From positions 1-64,000 of the forward strand of contig NJBH01000008.1 in the NCBI GenBank assembly GCA_005223125.1: a stretch of 64,000 nt of DNA, written 5' to 3'. Position 1 is the stretch's first letter; each line of letters opens with the position of its first letter. Source of the stretch: Promethearchaeota archaeon Loki_b32 (GTDB lineage Archaea > Asgardarchaeota > Lokiarchaeia > Sigyniarchaeales > SOKP01). Shown piece by piece: positions 43,679 to 52,276 of this stretch. The notes under the pieces were generated by a model. The model made no database searches and was not told the origin of the DNA. It was given only the letters and a program-made list of their open reading frames with translations. A program made the translations under genes and the position numbers.

Positions 43679-44245
43679 TTATTTAAAACTTCTTTTAATT
43701 CTTAATTTAACAACAAAATTATTATGTTCAGGGTTATTTACATCTATTTTTTTCATTTCATAAATAACCATATCTTCTGATGGCAATGATTTCTGTAATG
43801 AATGAACTAAGAACCCTTCAAATAAATCACAGGGAACTCCAATTTCAGAACAAAATATGCATTTGTTTATGCGAACCACTATTTCATTTTCATTATTTTC
43901 TATAATTTCGACCTTCCAATCTGTACTAATTGAAGCATTAATTTCATCAATTATTTCTTCAAAACTTATTCCAAATGGAAATAAGTAAAAGGAAAATTTT
44001 TTTCCGATCTCAAAAAGAAGGATAGAAGAATCATATAACAAACAATTTTGAGCAGAAATGATTTTCTTAAAAGAAAAGAAATCTATGGAGTCATTAGGAT
44101 TTTCATCTCTTATATCCTTTATAGACATCATTTCTGCTTCTCTTAAAATAGATTTCATACCATCATAATCAAGGATATCATGGTATGCTTGGAGAAGTGC
44201 AACAACAACCTTATTTTTTACAGTTCCTTTATAATCTCCAATCAT
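43679..44245 (-). CDS. V4R/H-NOX-fold protein
   Basis: 'LLFEIGKKF', 'KCIFC...PCDLFEGFL'. Confidence 0.65.
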   Translation of the reverse strand: MIGDYKGTVKNKVVVALLQAYHDILDYDGMKSILREAEMMSIKDIRDENPNDSIDFFSFKKIISAQNCLLYDSSILLFEIGKKFSFYLFPFGISFEEIIDEINASISTDWKVEIIENNENEIVVRINKCIFCSEIGVPCDLFEGFLVHSLQKSLPSEDMVIYEMKKIDVNNPEHNNFVVKLRIKRSFK

Positions 44246-44294
44246 TTCTGTTGAATTTGATAACTTACTTTTCTAATTTATTTAATTTTTTTTA

Positions 44295-44855
44295 TTAATC
44301 TAATACGAATTTAACTCCACTTTTTTTTAATATATGCAAAACCAACTTTTTAAATGCCATTTCAACATTTTCTCCATATTTAGCACTTGTTTCAATAAAC
44401 TCAGTTGCGTTAATCTTTTGAGATAATAATTTCCCTTCTTCGGATGATACTTTGATTGAATCTTTTAAATCTAGTTTGTTACCAATCAAAATATAGACTC
44501 CATCGGGTTTACCAAATTTTATAAAATCCTCAAGCCATTTTGATGTTATATTCTCAAATGTTGAATAACGCGTTTTATCGTAAATAAATAATGCACCTGA
44601 GCAACCCTGAAAAAACATCTTGCGTGTTAACTCATATTTAGCTTGACCGGCGATATCCCACAAAAGTAGACGAATATCAGAATTTATCTCTTCCAATTTT
44701 ATATCCTTTGTGACAATATTAACTCCAAGTGTTGGTTGGTAATTCTCATTAAATGAATCAGTGATATATTTATCAATTAAGGAGGTTTTCCCTACTGCGG
44801 GATCTCCTAATAATGCTAACTTTAATGCCCATTGTCTCTTCTTATCATCTCCCAT
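44295..44855 (-). CDS. Rab/Ras-like small GTPase
   Basis: GDPAVGKT, PTLGV, WDIAGQ, NKLD, ETSAK. Confidence 0.95.
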   Translation of the reverse strand: MGDDKKRQWALKLALLGDPAVGKTSLIDKYITDSFNENYQPTLGVNIVTKDIKLEEINSDIRLLLWDIAGQAKYELTRKMFFQGCSGALFIYDKTRYSTFENITSKWLEDFIKFGKPDGVYILIGNKLDLKDSIKVSSEEGKLLSQKINATEFIETSAKYGENVEMAFKKLVLHILKKSGVKFVLD

Positions 44856-44872
44856 CTATGATCAACCCATTC

Positions 44873-45301
44873 TTATATGTTTAAAAGTGATAAATTAAAT
44901 TGAGGATCGTTAGCACGATATAATTTTTGATCAATCTCATAAATGCTTACTTCTCCAGTTACAGAGACTATAGTTGGTTTGCTTAAATGTCCTCCAATCA
45001 GGCTATAATCACCTCTTCCTAAGGAAACATGCAAGTGAATTATTGGTTCTCCATCTTTATAAGCAATATTCCCTATACATGAAATCAATTCTACGTTTTC
45101 ATTAAACGTTTTCATTTTGTATTTGTTAGAATCAATCATATAAAAACCAATTGTAAATGTCTTTAGTGCCCCAATACATTTGATAAATCCAGACTTAATG
45201 TTATATTTTTTTATCATTTCGATGATAGAATCTACTAAATCCTCATTAGGTTCAACTTTTCCAACAATAACTCGTGAAATTTTAGTTTCAAGACTTTTCA
45301 A
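44873..45301 (-). CDS. PPC/DUF296 domain protein
   Basis: IGAL, ELISCIGNI, HLH, GGHL, TGEV. Confidence 0.9.
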   Translation of the reverse strand: MKSLETKISRVIVGKVEPNEDLVDSIIEMIKKYNIKSGFIKCIGALKTFTIGFYMIDSNKYKMKTFNENVELISCIGNIAYKDGEPIIHLHVSLGRGDYSLIGGHLSKPTIVSVTGEVSIYEIDQKLYRANDPQFNLSLLNI

Positions 45302-45338
45302 TTAATCACCATACTTACTCCTATTAACTTAAGTAATA

Positions 45339-45890
45339 TTATAATATAATCTCTGATTTCCTTAATACACTATATACTAATTTTTTAAACGCATCTTCCA
45401 CATTTTCTCCGTATTTTGCGCTCGTCTCAAGAAAATCGCTCGCATTTATTCTCTCAGCAAATTCTCGTCCTTTCTCAGTCGATACAACTCTTGATTCATT
45501 TAAATCAATTTTATTTCCAATCAAAATACAAGAAAGTTCTTCTTCTGAATACTCTTTTAAATCTTTTAACCATTTAGATTCAATATTGGTAAATGTGTCA
45601 TCTCTGGTCGTATCATATACAAGTAGGGCCCCTACAACTCCTTGAAAGAACATTTTTCTGGAAAGATCATATTTTTCTTGACCCGCAATATCCCAAAGAA
45701 CCAACCGAATTTGAGCATTTATTTCTTCAATCTCTAATTCTTTAACAACAATGTTTACACCTAAAGTAGGCTTGTAATCCTCCTTAAAACGGTGGTGGGT
45801 ATATATGTCAACAAGAGAAGTTTTTCCGACAGCTGCGTCGCCTAATAAAACAAGCTTAAAAACGATAAATTTTTCTTTTTCCCCAGACAT
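45339..45890 (-). CDS. Rab/Ras-like small GTPase
   Basis: GDAAVGKT, PTLGV, WDIAGQ, NKID, ETSAK. Confidence 0.95.
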   Translation of the reverse strand: MSGEKEKFIVFKLVLLGDAAVGKTSLVDIYTHHRFKEDYKPTLGVNIVVKELEIEEINAQIRLVLWDIAGQEKYDLSRKMFFQGVVGALLVYDTTRDDTFTNIESKWLKDLKEYSEEELSCILIGNKIDLNESRVVSTEKGREFAERINASDFLETSAKYGENVEDAFKKLVYSVLRKSEIIL

Positions 45891-45983
45891 TGTTGTTTTT
45901 ATAATCCTTTTTAGTTTTTTATAGATAAGATAATTTCATATTTTTTATAGTTGAGCTAAAGAATCTATTTTTATGAGTGTGCT

Positions 45984-46014
45984 ACAAATTATAATTTCAC
46001 AAATTATAATTTCA
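45984..46014. promoter_or_regulatory. Tandem 15-bp repeat of a palindromic motif in a divergent promoter
   Basis: (acaaattataatttc)x2, each containing the palindrome aaattataattt. Confidence 0.4.
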
Positions 46015-46084
46015 TCTTAAATTCGAAAAATTATTTATAGTGAACTTTTATAACCATTATTAGTAGATTAGAATAAGAAATATT

Positions 46085-47044
46085 ATGCCAGAGAAAGTTA
46101 TAATATCAGGAGTAGAATTATTATTATCTGAACCAGCTCAAGTAGATATGAAATGGGTTGGAAATGATGATTTAATTAATCAATTAAAAGCTTCATGGAT
46201 GCTTGTTGATAAGGATGATCTTCCCCTAAATCCTCGTATTCTAGGAAAGCCTGGAGTTGGCAAAACAACACTTGCTTATGCTACTGGAAGACGATTAGAA
46301 AAAGACGTATACATCTTTCAGTGCACTATGGATACTCGCCCAGAAGATCTTCTTATTAGTCCTGTGATTGCCTCAAACAATAAAATAGCCTATGTTGCGA
46401 GCTCTTTGGTGTCAGCCATGATAAAAGGAGGAGTATGTCTATTAGATGAGGGAAATAGAATGAGTGAAAAAAGTTGGGCTTCTTTAGCACCATTAATGGA
46501 TAAAAGGCGTTATGTTGAGAGTATTATTACGGGTATTAGGATATACGCTCATCCTGAATTTCGGTTATGTGTAACAATGAATGCAGATAGTAGTACATAT
46601 GAAATTCCAGAATATATACAATCTCGTTTACAACCTAAAATTTATATAGACTTTCCAAATAAAGTTGATGAATTAAAGATTTTAAACTACAATTTACCAT
46701 TTGCTTCAGATGAAATATTAGAATATTGTGTAGATTTCCTCCAGAATGCTCATATTTATGACGAACCTTATACTGTGAGAGATGGGATTAATATTTTAAG
46801 ATATTATACAAAATCAAGGTTGATGAAGAAAGAAGATCAAGATAAAATAGAAAAGAAAACGTTTGAGAATATGGTTATTCAAGTATTAGAAGAAGCTGCT
46901 TTAAAATATTTACCTGGAAATTACGAAGAGTTTTTGAAAAAACAGAATGATTCAATCTCTTTGAAAATATTTAAAGATTTTGATGAAGTGAATGATTATT
47001 ATGATAAATTTGTGAAAAAAGATGAACAAGACTCAAATGGATGA
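46085..47044 (+). CDS. MoxR-like AAA+ ATPase
   Basis: GKPGVGKT, LLDEGNR, HPEFRL, SRL. Confidence 0.9.
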   Translation: MPEKVIISGVELLLSEPAQVDMKWVGNDDLINQLKASWMLVDKDDLPLNPRILGKPGVGKTTLAYATGRRLEKDVYIFQCTMDTRPEDLLISPVIASNNKIAYVASSLVSAMIKGGVCLLDEGNRMSEKSWASLAPLMDKRRYVESIITGIRIYAHPEFRLCVTMNADSSTYEIPEYIQSRLQPKIYIDFPNKVDELKILNYNLPFASDEILEYCVDFLQNAHIYDEPYTVRDGINILRYYTKSRLMKKEDQDKIEKKTFENMVIQVLEEAALKYLPGNYEEFLKKQNDSISLKIFKDFDEVNDYYDKFVKKDEQDSNG

Positions 47045-49028
47045 TAATCCCTTTATAAAATTTGAAAATTTATATGTTATTCCTACTTTTCATTCGCGTA
47101 TAGAATTTGCAAAATTGGTTCGTACAGCTTTATTTAAAGTTTTTCCTGATGTAATTGCTGTAGAATTACCAAATAACATACAAGATGAAGTTATAGAAGC
47201 TATTGGGAGATTACCTTTTTTATCTTTAATTGGATATGCTGATACATTAAATCCAAAAAAGTTAAATTTTATACCTGTAGATCCAGGTGATTCTATAATG
47301 GAAAGTATAAGAATTGGGCTTGAGTACGATATTCCAATCGAATTTATTGATCTATCTGTTTCTGAATATTTGCCTCCAAGCTTCAAACTTCCAGATGATT
47401 ATGCTATTAATCAAATTGGGCTTCATAAGTTTTATAAACAGATTTCAAAATACTTTAAAAACGAGTTTAAAGATAATAAAGCTAAACTTAAGGATAAGGT
47501 TAATTTGGAGGATTTTCTTAAAAATCAAGAAAATGTAGATAATAAATATAATTTCATTGAAAAAGATATTCTTAGAGAGAAATACATGGCAGCTCACCTA
47601 TTAAAATTAATGTCATTATATCATAGAGTTTTACTAATTATCGGCATGGCTCATTGGGAAAACGTGAAATATTATATAGAAAATCCAGAAAAAATTGAAG
47701 AAGTAGAATTGGAGTTAATTCCTCATAAATATGTAAAAATTTACAACATAAGAGGTTCTGATGCTAGATTTATTTTAAGAGAGTTACCATATCATACATA
47801 TAAATGGTTAAGATTTAGAAATGAGTTTTCAAAAGGAAAATTAGAAAGCATAGAAACTCCAGAAGAGCTTTATGATATTTTAAATTCATACAACAAGATT
47901 GAACATATTAGAAAGATCTTAATCAATGCCAAATACGATTATGAAGAGGAATTTAAAGAATTTGTAGATCTCCATAAATTAAAAACTTTATTTCAATATT
48001 CAAGAAACCTCTCATTATCAGACCGGAGATTATTGCCAAACTTATATCAACTATTAATTGCCTCAAAAAATATTGTTGATGATGATTATGCTTGGAAAGT
48101 TATGGAAAAAGCTACCAAATATCCCTATGATGATGAGAGCGATAATTATGAAACGTTGAAAATGGGCTTAGAAGGCGGTTATGATCCAAGTGGTCGCTAT
48201 ATAAAACTACGTAGACATCATCCTTATACCTATGGAAAAGAAAAAGAGGTTCCATTAAAAGAGAAGCCTGAAGAAAAATACCCTGGAGAGTGGAGAGATA
48301 AATGGGAAGAAGGTAAAGATTATACAGTTTCCTGGCCTCCTGAAGATATTCTAGAAGAAGACTACTTTGCCTTTATAAGAAAAAAAACTATTAAGAATTT
48401 AAAAAACCAGAGAATTAAAATAGAGGAATTCAAGTCCAGCTTAATGGATGGGATCGCGATTAAAGAAACTATTAGGAATTGGGCGTTCAAGAAAAAGATT
48501 TACGTACAAAATATTCAACAAATTCAAGGTAAAATCGATACTATTGTTGTAATATTTGATACCGATGAGGGAGAAGTTGAAAAGTATCCTTATAAATTAA
48601 CTTGGTGGGCAGAACATGACAGAGAAAGTGATATGGCTTTCTATTCAACCAATCCTGGCGATTATATTATTGGACCAGGTATTACACACGTAGAAGTTGG
48701 GGGATTACTATCTATCTTTCCAGCATTATTCTTACGATCTATTTTCGATCCCTATATGGAATACGAATTTAAAGATACTAATAATAAGGCGGAGCGTCTT
48801 CTCAAGGCAGCCATTATTTATTCAAAAGAACGATATATAGCATATGTAGCATCAAAACCCCCTCGTAAGTATTTTTATTCACGGGCGGCTATAAAGAATC
48901 GCGAATTAATATATATTCCAATAGATAATTTTAGTAAAGAATCTCTGAAAACAATTAAACATATTCATATCCTAGCAGGTAGGGATAAAAGAAAAATTGC
49001 TCATAACTATATCTTCTTAAATGAATAG
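47037..49028 (+). CDS. Large MoxR-associated protein (TraB/ChaN-like N-terminal region)
   Basis: 'PTFH...PDVIAVELP', 'REKYMA', 'IIGMAHW'; overlaps the AAA gene stop. Confidence 0.7.
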   Translation: MDDNPFIKFENLYVIPTFHSRIEFAKLVRTALFKVFPDVIAVELPNNIQDEVIEAIGRLPFLSLIGYADTLNPKKLNFIPVDPGDSIMESIRIGLEYDIPIEFIDLSVSEYLPPSFKLPDDYAINQIGLHKFYKQISKYFKNEFKDNKAKLKDKVNLEDFLKNQENVDNKYNFIEKDILREKYMAAHLLKLMSLYHRVLLIIGMAHWENVKYYIENPEKIEEVELELIPHKYVKIYNIRGSDARFILRELPYHTYKWLRFRNEFSKGKLESIETPEELYDILNSYNKIEHIRKILINAKYDYEEEFKEFVDLHKLKTLFQYSRNLSLSDRRLLPNLYQLLIASKNIVDDDYAWKVMEKATKYPYDDESDNYETLKMGLEGGYDPSGRYIKLRRHHPYTYGKEKEVPLKEKPEEKYPGEWRDKWEEGKDYTVSWPPEDILEEDYFAFIRKKTIKNLKNQRIKIEEFKSSLMDGIAIKETIRNWAFKKKIYVQNIQQIQGKIDTIVVIFDTDEGEVEKYPYKLTWWAEHDRESDMAFYSTNPGDYIIGPGITHVEVGGLLSIFPALFLRSIFDPYMEYEFKDTNNKAERLLKAAIIYSKERYIAYVASKPPRKYFYSRAAIKNRELIYIPIDNFSKESLKTIKHIHILAGRDKRKIAHNYIFLNE

Positions 49029-49082
49029 CAAATGAAAATACCGTTAAATTTTTAAAATCTTTTTACTATAATTTAAATATAA

Positions 49083-49236
49083 CGTGGATGTGGATGCTAT
49101 GAATAAAAATACTAAATTCTTAGGTTTTACACAAAATATGATTAAGATCATATCCACGATTATTATTATCTAAATTCATTTATTTGTGAAGTGAATTCTC
49201 GTAGCTTTTACTCCACATCCTACTTCATGAATAAAT
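49083..49236 (+). promoter_or_regulatory. Putative attenuator / structured leader of ileS
   Basis: Alternative helices 49083-92/49149-58, 49086-94/49212-20, 49096-102/49199-205, 49173-81/49189-97, 49178-92/49222-36. Confidence 0.65.
49099..49173 (+). CDS. Ile-rich leader peptide MNKNTKFLGFTQNMIKIISTIIII
   Basis: ATG...TAA, 24 codons; 7 of the last 10 are Ile (ATT, ATC, ATA); ends 161 nt before ileS. Confidence 0.75.
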   Translation: MNKNTKFLGFTQNMIKIISTIIII

Positions 49237-49334
49237 TAACTGAAATTGCGATATAAACTAATTGTGTTAAATAATTTTATTTTTAACATTTTTAAGTTAA
49301 ATAATTTAATGAACATAAAAAAATCTCAAGTAAG

Positions 49335-52196
49335 GTGTTAAATATTTCATATATTGAAAAAGAAAAAGAACTTATACAATTTTGGAAATATAATAATATA
49401 TTTGAAAAAAGTGTAGAGCAAAGACCAAAGAATAATCCATATATATTTTATGATGGACCACCTTTTGCAACGGGATTGCCCCATTACGGTCATATATTAA
49501 GTTTTGTAACAAAGGATGTATTTCCGAGATATTGGACAATGAAAAATCACCGTTGTGAGAGAAGATGGGGTTGGGATTGTCATGGTTTGCCAATCGAAAG
49601 TATCTGTGAAAGAGAACTAAATTTAAAGCAGAAAAATGAAATATACGAAATGGGTATTGCTGATTTCAATGAATTTTGTCGATCAAAAGTGCTTTGGTAT
49701 ACAACTGAATGGAAAAAAACTGTTGAACGAATGGGTAAGTGGATAGAGTTTGATAATTCTTATAAAACCATGGATAATACATATATGGAAACTGTGTGGT
49801 ATATTTTTAAGAAAATATACACCAAGGGGTTCGTGTATAGGGGAAAAAAAATACTGTTCTATTGTCCACGATGTGAAACTCCACTTTCTAATTTCGAGAT
49901 TTCGATGGATAATAGCTATAAAGATATTAGTGAACATTCTATAACAGCAAAATTCAAATTGATAGAAGAGCCAATGACATTTTTTCTTGCTTGGACCACA
50001 ACGCCTTGGACGTTAATTGGAAATGTAGCTTTAGCTGTAGATAGCGAGCGAGATTATGTTAAAATAAAATTTGATGATGAATATTTAATATTGATAAAAA
50101 ATCAATTAGATACAATCAAAAAAGACTATGAAATTGTTGATGAATTTAAAGGAAATGACCTAATTAATAAAGAATATGAACCATTATATCACATTTCTCC
50201 TGATACCACTAAAAAAGGGCACTTTGTTATTGATGGGGGTGATGAGGTATTATCTGATGAAGGAACAGGAATAATACACATAGCAATTTATGGGGAATTT
50301 GATTATGAAATGATAAAGAAACATGATTTAACTATAATTCAACATATTGATGAACATGGCAATCTGGCTCAGGGTCCGAGAGATTGGATTGGATTGTGGT
50401 TTAAAGATGTAAATGAAAAAGTCTTAGAGGATTTGCACCAACGGAACCTTTTATTTAGTTCAGAAGATTACACTCATTCTTATCCATTCTGTTATAGATG
50501 TGATACTCCCTTAATTTATAATGCTCTTGATGCTTGGTTTATAGATATTCAACGAATAAAACCAATGCTTCTGGAAACTAATGAAAGAATCAACTGGTAT
50601 CCTAAAGAGATTTCAAGAAGATATGAAAGTATAGTTAATACCGCTCCTGATTGGTGTATTTCAAGAAATAGATTTTGGGCTACTGCTATGCCTATTTGGG
50701 AATGTGAAGAATGTAAAAAAATTAAAGTCATTGGATCTATTAAAGAATTACAGGAAAATGCGGTTGAAGAGGTTCCTGATGATTTAGATCTTCATAGACA
50801 TATTGTTGATAAGATATATCTTAAATGTTCTAATTGCAGCAAAGTAATGAAGCGTGTACCTGAAGTATTTGACTGCTGGTTGGAATCAGGATCAATGCCT
50901 TATGCGGCAAAACATTACCCATTTGAAAATGTGGAATGGTTTAAGCATAATTTTCCAAGTGATTTTGTGTCTGAGTATGTCCCACAAGTTAGGGCGTGGT
51001 TTTACTACATGCATGCAATAGCCGTCCTGCTATTTAATGAAATCCCATTTAAAAATGTCGTTGTAAATGGCAATATACTCGCTGAAGATGGAACTAAGAT
51101 GTCAAAGTCTAAAAGAAATTTCCCCGATCCAAACCTAATGATTGAGAAATATGGAGCTGATGCTTTAAGAATATATCTTTTATCATCCCAATTGATGAGG
51201 GCACAAGATTTAAATTTTAAAGAGGAAATTGTAAAACAAGTTTACCGACGATTCAATTTATTGCTAATTAATGTTCTAAAATTCTATTCATTGAATGATA
51301 TTGATAACGTTATTATGGATATAACGCGTTCAGATAATATTTTAGATAAATGGATTGTCAGTTTATTGAATAGCCTTATACAGGACATTACGCAACTTAT
51401 GGATGATTATGACACAGCAGAAGTAAGTAGATTATTCTTCAACTTCATCGAGGATCTCTCCACATGGTATATTAAAAACAGCAGGAATCGATTTAAAAGT
51501 GAGAATATAAATGAAAAATTATCAGCGATGAACACATTGTCCTATATACTTTATAATTTATCAAAACTCTTAGCTCCTTTAACTCCATTTATATCAGAAA
51601 TAATATACCAGAAATTGATAGAGAAAGGGATTGCAAATTTTAAATCCGTCCATTTAGAGTTTTGGCCCGAGTTTGATGAGAAGTTGATTGATAGCGAAGT
51701 TCTAAAAAATATGGAACTAACAAGAGAAGTAGTAAAAAGATCCTTAGAATTAAGAGAGAATTCTAAAATTCCAGTTAGGCAGGTTCTAAATAAGGTTACA
51801 ATAAAAGGAGTAAATCTTGAAAAGAAATATTTAGATGTTATAGCAGAAGCTATAAATGTGAGAAATGTAAATATTGAAAAGGGAGAAGAGGTTGAATTTC
51901 TAGTAGAATTAGACACAATTATTACGCCAGAGTTGAAGTTAGAAGGAATTGCTAGAAACTTAATAAGACATCTGAATAATTATCGAAAAAAACTGAATCT
52001 ATCAACGAAAAATCGAATTAATTTATATTTAAAAACAAATGATAAAGATATTTCAGAAGCCCTTGAAAAACATAAGGAGAAAATAAAGAAGATGATACAA
52101 GCTGAAACAATCATTCAAAATATGGAAGGGAAGGAACATATAAAGAAGTTCAAAATTGAAAATAAAGTCGTTGAGGCATATATTGAGGTAAAATAA
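49335..52196 (+). CDS. ileS: Isoleucyl-tRNA synthetase (archaeal/eukaryote-like IleRS2 type)
   Basis: DGPPFATGLPHYGH, GWDCHGLP, AWTTTPWT, WCISRNRFW, KMSKS. Confidence 0.96.
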   Translation: MLNISYIEKEKELIQFWKYNNIFEKSVEQRPKNNPYIFYDGPPFATGLPHYGHILSFVTKDVFPRYWTMKNHRCERRWGWDCHGLPIESICERELNLKQKNEIYEMGIADFNEFCRSKVLWYTTEWKKTVERMGKWIEFDNSYKTMDNTYMETVWYIFKKIYTKGFVYRGKKILFYCPRCETPLSNFEISMDNSYKDISEHSITAKFKLIEEPMTFFLAWTTTPWTLIGNVALAVDSERDYVKIKFDDEYLILIKNQLDTIKKDYEIVDEFKGNDLINKEYEPLYHISPDTTKKGHFVIDGGDEVLSDEGTGIIHIAIYGEFDYEMIKKHDLTIIQHIDEHGNLAQGPRDWIGLWFKDVNEKVLEDLHQRNLLFSSEDYTHSYPFCYRCDTPLIYNALDAWFIDIQRIKPMLLETNERINWYPKEISRRYESIVNTAPDWCISRNRFWATAMPIWECEECKKIKVIGSIKELQENAVEEVPDDLDLHRHIVDKIYLKCSNCSKVMKRVPEVFDCWLESGSMPYAAKHYPFENVEWFKHNFPSDFVSEYVPQVRAWFYYMHAIAVLLFNEIPFKNVVVNGNILAEDGTKMSKSKRNFPDPNLMIEKYGADALRIYLLSSQLMRAQDLNFKEEIVKQVYRRFNLLLINVLKFYSLNDIDNVIMDITRSDNILDKWIVSLLNSLIQDITQLMDDYDTAEVSRLFFNFIEDLSTWYIKNSRNRFKSENINEKLSAMNTLSYILYNLSKLLAPLTPFISEIIYQKLIEKGIANFKSVHLEFWPEFDEKLIDSEVLKNMELTREVVKRSLELRENSKIPVRQVLNKVTIKGVNLEKKYLDVIAEAINVRNVNIEKGEEVEFLVELDTIITPELKLEGIARNLIRHLNNYRKKLNLSTKNRINLYLKTNDKDISEALEKHKEKIKKMIQAETIIQNMEGKEHIKKFKIENKVVEAYIEVK

Positions 52197-52276
52197 TTGA
52201 CTTATAATTAAAAAAAAGAAGGAAGATCCTAAAATCTTCCGTAAAATTCTTATTTTTACTTAGTATTTATTATTTT

